The notes under the pieces are model-generated. The model saw only the letters and a program-made list of their open reading frames with translations, did no database searches and was not told the DNA's origin. DNA of 64,000 nt from a virus, in the IMG/VR virus record IMGVR_UViG_3300028027_000001. One strand, written 5' to 3'. This document shows, piece by piece, positions 58,979 through 64,000 of the stretch. How positions within the stretch are numbered: the stretch's first letter is position 1; each line of letters begins with the position of its first letter. The position numbers and the translations under genes are program-made.

Positions 58979-59009
58979 TGAATATATGAAGCCCCGATTG
59001 GGGCTCCAA
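58979..59009 (-). promoter_or_regulatory. Bacteroidota-type promoter upstream of the NadR-like kinase
   Basis: TTG-N18-CATATATTCA; the spacer forms hairpin GCCCC-AATC-GGGGC. Confidence 0.65.
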
Positions 59010-59020
59010 ATATTGTTTAA

Positions 59021-59062
59021 CTAGAACTCGATAGTATCGCCTTGTTCCCATTCATTTTCCAT
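59021..59062 (-). CDS. Candidate 13-aa micro-ORF MENEWEQGDTIEF
   Basis: ATG at 59062 to TAG at 59021; preceded by a late-like motif (59089-59097) and followed by a hairpin. Confidence 0.3.
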   Translation of the reverse strand: MENEWEQGDTIEF

Positions 59063-59096
59063 AACACAATTATTTGAGGGGTTATGGAGATAAATA

Positions 59097-60404
59097 TTAT
59101 TTAATTAATGAATCTGCGATATAGATACCATGTAATGCTGAAATGTATATTCCTCTAGCCCCAGCAGCATCTCCTTGTAAGTGGATATTTGGATATTTTG
59201 GTAGAGATAAATTGTGTTTGTTTAGTACTATTTCATTGGTTAAGAATTTTACTTCAGGACAATAGAATATATAATTGTCGTCAATACCAAATGTTGAATT
59301 TAAATCAGATATAAACTCCATAATATAGTCGGCATATTTACCGAATCCTTCTTTGAATTTGTCCAAAGTGATTTTATATCCAGGTACGGATCCACCTTGA
59401 TCAGTTTGGGATGGTTCTCTATCTGTTGGTGAGTAGTATGCTGCTTTACCTTCGGATTGGAAGAATTCCACTAATTGTTTACTGAATGTAAATGGATCTT
59501 CAATACCACGCGCCTCAAGTAATATACCGAAATTGGTTAAATCATTGAATTTGTCTGGGTCTTTATGAGCATGACCATTAAATGATTTCATCCCGTATGT
59601 TTCTTCTTCTGCTACGAATGCAGCGAAATTGTTTGTGCAAAATGAACGGGCGCTATCGTCGCCAAATTTCTTGTACAATTTAAAATCGTATGCTATTTTG
59701 TTTAGTTCGGTGAAATATTTTCCGTCTGTTTCGTAACGCACACCAATTTGTGCTGGTTTAGGTGTAGTGTCTAGTTGGTATTCTTCGATTAAATCCGACA
59801 AGAAGTCCATTCCCGATTTACCTGTACCAACAATTAACACATCATAGTCAGTATAATTATGTACGGTTTCCCCAGCGTATTGAGTATCAAATATAACGCG
59901 ATTATGTTGTGCATCTATACTAGTAACATTGGCATTGTATACCTGGTATACACCACATTGCTCAAAGTACTCGAATATAGCTTTAACTTGTTGCTGACCA
60001 AAATCAGTACCCAAGTGATAACATGGTGATTGGCGCAACTCAAATGGTGAATCCTTGATGTATTGTGGTTTATCCGTTGGTTCAGTATACATTATTTTAG
60101 ATGCATCTGGGTGGTATTCTACAATATAGTCATACAATTGTTTGGATAATTGTTCAGCATATTCTTGGTTAGTACAATAGTGTGGGTAAAATATACCGCC
60201 TTGGTTGAATGATGGGATTACTTTAAAGTCACTCCATGTACCACAACCACCGGCCCCGGTCATAACATCCTCTGGTAATCTGTTGTGGATGTCTTTTCCC
60301 TTATCTATGATGGTGATTTTAGTAGCATCATAACCATTTTTAAGTAAGTGTAGTACAGCATATTGGGTAGATACCCCTGCACCAATGTATACTATTCTTT
60401 TCAT
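59097..60404 (-). CDS. FAD-dependent oxidoreductase (COG2509-like)
   Basis: IVYIGAGVS Rossmann motif, IDKG, GAGGCGTWSD.K, HLGTD, GVRYE, RSFCTN, NFGIL, GDAAG.RGI..SA..G. Confidence 0.85.
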   Translation of the reverse strand: MKRIVYIGAGVSTQYAVLHLLKNGYDATKITIIDKGKDIHNRLPEDVMTGAGGCGTWSDFKVIPSFNQGGIFYPHYCTNQEYAEQLSKQLYDYIVEYHPDASKIMYTEPTDKPQYIKDSPFELRQSPCYHLGTDFGQQQVKAIFEYFEQCGVYQVYNANVTSIDAQHNRVIFDTQYAGETVHNYTDYDVLIVGTGKSGMDFLSDLIEEYQLDTTPKPAQIGVRYETDGKYFTELNKIAYDFKLYKKFGDDSARSFCTNNFAAFVAEEETYGMKSFNGHAHKDPDKFNDLTNFGILLEARGIEDPFTFSKQLVEFFQSEGKAAYYSPTDREPSQTDQGGSVPGYKITLDKFKEGFGKYADYIMEFISDLNSTFGIDDNYIFYCPEVKFLTNEIVLNKHNLSLPKYPNIHLQGDAAGARGIYISALHGIYIADSLIK

Positions 60405-60423
60405 ATATAAATTTTAATTTAGT

Positions 60424-60454
60424 TGAATATACGTAAAATAAAAAGTGGCTCCAA
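60424..60454 (-). promoter_or_regulatory. Bacteroidota-type promoter upstream of the FAD oxidoreductase
   Basis: TTG-N18-CGTATATTCA. Confidence 0.7.
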
Positions 60455-60476
60455 ATACTTTCGTATAAGGAGCCAC
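60435..60476 (-). terminator. Terminator with GAAA tetraloop upstream of the FAD oxidoreductase
   Basis: GTGGCTCC..ATAC-GAAA-GTAT..GGAGCCAC followed by TTTTTATTTT. Confidence 0.8.
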
Positions 60477-60520
60477 AGCTTCCATAATTTTATTGAATCG
60501 ACAGGCTATGAATCTATCTA
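60435..60520 (-). ncRNA. Candidate H-type pseudoknot RNA overlapping a terminator
   Basis: P1 GAUAG/CUGUC; loop CAUAGC pairs with GCUGUG, which overlaps the terminator 5' arm. Confidence 0.4.
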
Positions 60521-60533
60521 CATGTTTGGCTAA

Positions 60534-60842
60534 TTAATCACCGGTGTATGCTGAACCCATATGTCCTTTTCCTTTTCCTAAATCAACATATTTGGTGGAT
60601 TTAGGAGATGTTGGTTTTGGGTTAATTTTAATGCTTAAATCGTAAAGTTGTTCAAGTGATAGATCGGATAATGATTCTACATTATTTTTGTCTAAAAACA
60701 CATTGATTATAGATTCACGGTTTGTTTTAGCAGCAACATTTTTAATCCCACGAATCATCATTGATTTATCACGAGATTCATTTTCATTAATTACACGGGA
60801 TATTTCTTCCTTAATGATGCGACGGATGTCTGTTTTATTCAT
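60534..60842 (-). CDS. Small protein with IIKEEI leader
   Basis: MNKTDIRRIIKEEISRVINE. Confidence 0.7.
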   Translation of the reverse strand: MNKTDIRRIIKEEISRVINENESRDKSMMIRGIKNVAAKTNRESIINVFLDKNNVESLSDLSLEQLYDLSIKINPKPTSPKSTKYVDLGKGKGHMGSAYTGD

Positions 60843-60857
60843 GTTTATATGTTTTTG

Positions 60858-61133
60858 TTACCCTACCCAAGACCTTTTTGTCCTCCTATTAAAATATATA
60901 GGACGGCCATTTTTCCTTCCCATTATAGTTATTTCGTCATTATCATCACTTTTACCTAATATTTCATTATATTCACTATCGTCTAATTCACGACCTAAAT
61001 ATTTTTCAACTTCAGATTTGTTATTTGGATTAACACCAGCTGCTTTTAAGTCCCTTAAAGTATCATACGATTCTTCGTTTAGTACTTTTTTAATTTCTTC
61101 TTTGATAATGTTACGTAAATCAGATTTTTTCAT
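60858..61133 (-). CDS. Small protein with IIKEEI leader
   Basis: MKKSDLRNIIKEEIKKVLNE. Confidence 0.7.
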   Translation of the reverse strand: MKKSDLRNIIKEEIKKVLNEESYDTLRDLKAAGVNPNNKSEVEKYLGRELDDSEYNEILGKSDDNDEITIMGRKNGRPIYFNRRTKRSWVG

Positions 61134-61389
61134 GTTTATGTATTTTTATTTTTAATGTACCATCACCTTTAATTAATCGGTGATATATATGTTTCGGTAT
61201 AAATATATGTTCTTTTAGTGAGGTAGGCAAATTATTGTCTAACTGGATTTGCCAGTTTGTGTCTTCTAGGATTTCTATAGTGCGATCTTCAGCATCCCTG
61301 TGCCAAAGCATTTCGATTGGATCTACATTTTCGTTGAAGTTACGGATGATATAGGTATCGGTTATCTCTATGTCGGTGTATGGGGTCAT
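61120..61389 (-). CDS. Small cupin-like protein; probable start 61389 (TAATG overlap)
   Basis: WHRD.EDR.IEI...W..Q.D..LP.....IFIPK..YHRLIKG cupin-type motif. Confidence 0.65.
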   Translation of the reverse strand: MTPYTDIEITDTYIIRNFNENVDPIEMLWHRDAEDRTIEILEDTNWQIQLDNNLPTSLKEHIFIPKHIYHRLIKGDGTLKIKIHKHEKI

Positions 61390-62066
61390 TACCAAAATCC
61401 TGTAAACGTTGTGTTGATACCAAGTGCTTTGGCAAATTTTGGAAGGCGACATGACCAATAACGCGCACTAGTTTTTGGTTCGCCAGTACCACATTTATGT
61501 CGTTTAGCGAATGCTCGGCGTGCCTCTGGGTTGTTTATTTTTGCTTTAAGTCCACCAGCATCACCAAATGACACTTTTTTGATATTTTTGGTTTTTGGAT
61601 TGCGAACATAAACATAGTATTTTTTACCACCAGCACCACCACGTTTTGGTTTTCCAATTGGTGGGTCTTTTTTGTCTGCTTCGTTAATATCTTCATCAAC
61701 CATAGGCATATCTAATGGTACTTTTTTACCTTCAAACATACCATACTCACCTAAATTGGTTTCGGTAAGTATTTCTTTGTCCAAATCGTTTACATGGATA
61801 GCTTCACGAACATATAAATAACGAGCTTCTGCCCATAAATCGAGGAATGATTTTGAACCATAGCGGAATGTGTTTTCGGTTAGTGGTAATTTATTTTCCA
61901 CATGATATCGCAGATTTTCCGTCATTAACACTGGTGTATTAAGTGACTCATTTATTACCACGCCAGGGTTTCCAACATTGTCACAATCGTGACACCCACA
62001 ATTACATTTGTCTTGTTTTGGTGGTGTGGATAGTGCTTCGCGAATAAGTTTTTCTAGTCTGTTCAT
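61389..62066 (-). CDS. Hypothetical protein with basic C-terminal domain
   Basis: KKYYVYV.NPK...KKVSFG...ARRAFAKRHKC...ARYWSC; Cys-rich N-terminal CNCGCHDC. Confidence 0.7.
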   Translation of the reverse strand: MNRLEKLIREALSTPPKQDKCNCGCHDCDNVGNPGVVINESLNTPVLMTENLRYHVENKLPLTENTFRYGSKSFLDLWAEARYLYVREAIHVNDLDKEILTETNLGEYGMFEGKKVPLDMPMVDEDINEADKKDPPIGKPKRGGAGGKKYYVYVRNPKTKNIKKVSFGDAGGLKAKINNPEARRAFAKRHKCGTGEPKTSARYWSCRLPKFAKALGINTTFTGFW

Positions 62067-62077
62067 GTAGATAAATA

Positions 62078-63539
62078 TTACGATATTTTAGCGAATACTG
62101 AACTTGATTTGGTTGAAGATGAAGCATATCTAATTATATCTGAAATGATTTCATTTTTAATATCATCAGATTGAGATTCAATGATACTTGCTAAGCTGGT
62201 AGATAAATATTTGGATACTAGCCAGTTTAAGTCTTTTTCATCTACTATTTGGTTAAATTCTTCTCGGGATATTTTTCCAACTATTTTAATATAATTAGCA
62301 TAAAAATCATCCAATAAATTGGAATCATTTGATTTGAATTTTGTTTGTAATTCTGAGGTTGATGGTAAGGTTTTAAGGTTAAGGGAATTCAATACATCAT
62401 TGATGGCACCATGTCCTATTTTACCATGAGCGGCAGTTTTACCTTTTATTTCACCTGCAAAATTCCCAGCAAAATTAAATGTTCTAAATGTAATAGAACC
62501 ATCATTATATAATATTACCGTATTATTGTTGGTAGGTCTTGAATCTGCTCCTTCATATGTGTATCCGGCTTTATCTTCTTTACTTAAGTTATAAGTACCT
62601 AGCTTGGCTTCAGCACCTGTTTTTTTCAGGGATACTCCTATCAATTTATTACTAGAATATAAATCGGCAAGGGTTGCGTTTAATTCATTTAGTTCTGTTG
62701 GAAATTCCATTCCCAAAATGGATATATCTACCATCCAAATATCAGATGGATTCCATTTATCAGATTGCATAGATACACCTGATTTTTTCTTAGCTATGGC
62801 AAACGCTCCGTATATTTTATTAACAAATTCGGAACCTCGGTGTTGTTGGAAATTAGGATTGGGGTAATTGGATAATAATATATTAGCGGATAAAATAAAG
62901 GTATTTGTCCAACTATTTTGGTTTTTAATGAAATCTTTAACTTCATCCAAAGTACTAGAAACATCACTCAACCCATATGCCTTATCAATATTACCATCAG
63001 TTAAATCTTCTGGGGATATATTTCCTTTTTTTTATTTTGTATGCTATAGAGTTAACAACACTTTGAGATGATTCTTGGATTGCCGTACTAGCGGCCCCAC
63101 CACCTTGTCCGGCCCCACTACCAAATTCTTCTGTTTTTTTAAACGAAGTGATCCCATATGCTTTACCATTAGTGTCAATTAATACTTTAGCACCCTTATT
63201 TAAAATACTGTATTGTTTTTTCTTCAGGGCATCTATTAAGTCAGATGATGATTTGGGATCAATTACAATAGTAGAACCATCATTTAATTCAAATTCACCA
63301 CCTTGTAGTATTTTTTCTAAAAATCTTTCACCACGGTCAGAATATTTACTTGAAAATTCATTTCGGGGTGGGTATGGTTTTTCTAATTCTTTAGGGGACA
63401 ATGAACTTTCTGTTATATTAATACCTAATTTGCTTAACTCGTTTTCCAATAACGTAACGTCTTGTGGATTATTTACGTCTGGGTATCCCTTATGGAATTT
63501 GTATGATATTCTACGTAAAAATTGTTCAATGATATCCAT
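62078..63539 (-). pseudogene. PD-(D/E)xK-like nuclease gene split by a frameshift in an A8 tract (track ORFs 62997..63539 and 62078..62971)
   Basis: Removing one A at 63026-63033 joins ...AYKIKK to GNISPEDLTDG...; the downstream part has DKWNPSDIW...LIGVSLKK. Confidence 0.7.
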
Positions 63540-64000
63540 TACGCTTCAGGTGTTTCTGGTTCAGTTGGTGTTTCTTCTTTTGATGGTTTTTCATCGGGGA
63601 AATTCTCAAAACCATCGTTGTCTTCGCTTGCCACTTCTTTAGTACCATATCTTAATATACGGGCAATAGATTCGGCCGCGCGTTCTTCTTCGGGGAGGTT
63701 AGCTAAGTAGTAGCGTTTACCTTCAATTTGAGCCATCCAACTACGTGTACCGTAGATGAGGTAAAATTCTTGGTTGTTCTTTAAATTAATACGAAATGTA
63801 GTTGGGCGTGGTGCTACCCAATCAATTGATGAGAGGAAATTATCGTATTCGTTAGTCAATAAATCAACCAAAACCGATTTAAGTTCAGGGAATTTGGTTA
63901 GTTCATCGTATTCGACAACATCAGGCAGTACATCTTGTTGTTTTGATTTATATACCTGTTTTGCTAGTTCACGAATGCGGGATTTGAAATCGTCTATTGT
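63539..64000 (-). CDS. Hypothetical protein, 5' end outside the window
   Basis: The frame stays open to the window end (TIDDFKSRIRELAK...FPELKSVLVDLLT...PRPTTFRINLKN). Confidence 0.75.
   Translation of the reverse strand, partial: TIDDFKSRIRELAKQVYKSKQQDVLPDVVEYDELTKFPELKSVLVDLLTNEYDNFLSSIDWVAPRPTTFRINLKNNQEFYLIYGTRSWMAQIEGKRYYLANLPEEERAAESIARILRYGTKEVASEDNDGFENFPDEKPSKEETPTEPETPEA

Noticed and set aside
1-64000. Numerous plus-strand ORFs in the track (e.g. 148..573, 35294..36001, 36218..37012, 37331..38026, 48773..49264)
   Set aside because: They are antisense shadows of well-supported minus-strand genes, produced by codon bias and low-complexity repeats, and have no motifs or promoters. 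Only 34466..35044 is kept.
1-64000. Genome-wide stop-codon reassignment, as in some large Bacteroidota phages
   Set aside because: Conserved genes are full length under code 11, and TAA, TAG and TGA all occur at credible gene ends.
1-64000. tRNA or rRNA genes
   Set aside because: Intergenic gaps are short and no cloverleaf or T-loop pattern was recognised by eye; tRNAscan-SE was not run.

Overview
A 64-kb, AT-rich segment of a large T4-like tailed phage (myovirus). The host is most likely Bacteroidota, inferred from TTG-N20-TAnnTT(T/C)A promoters and A-rich translation starts without Shine-Dalgarno motifs. The genetic code is standard, and every credible gene but one (a J-domain protein) is on the minus strand. 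In transcription order (right to left) the window holds: small putative internal/prohead proteins; an FAD-dependent oxidoreductase and a NadR-like kinase; a possible spanin pair; large terminase, portal, prohead core, protease, scaffold and major capsid; PhoH; neck proteins and several fibres; tail terminator, two tandem tail sheaths, tail tube, assembly chaperones, tape measure and baseplate; then a replication block (short family-A polymerase, gp32-like SSB, RecA/UvsX, 5'-3' exonuclease, DnaB-like helicase, NrdB and an intein-containing NrdA cut off by the window edge). Three free-standing homing-endonuclease-like genes are interspersed. The most notable candidates are: (i) two different endonucleases fused to the same Mom-like GNAT domain; (ii) an [S/T]-x-S tripeptide saturating virion surface proteins; (iii) a pseudoknot that competes with a terminator upstream of the FAD enzyme, plus two hairpins sharing a CCCCUCAA loop; (iv) a tail-chaperone pair separated by a single in-frame TAA with a duplicated TTTTGGCC junction; (v) a shared IIxEEI..(L/I)xE leader resembling a capsid-targeting signal; (vi) a late-promoter motif that is the T4 motif in reverse orientation. 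All functional calls come from motif recognition by eye; no searches were run.
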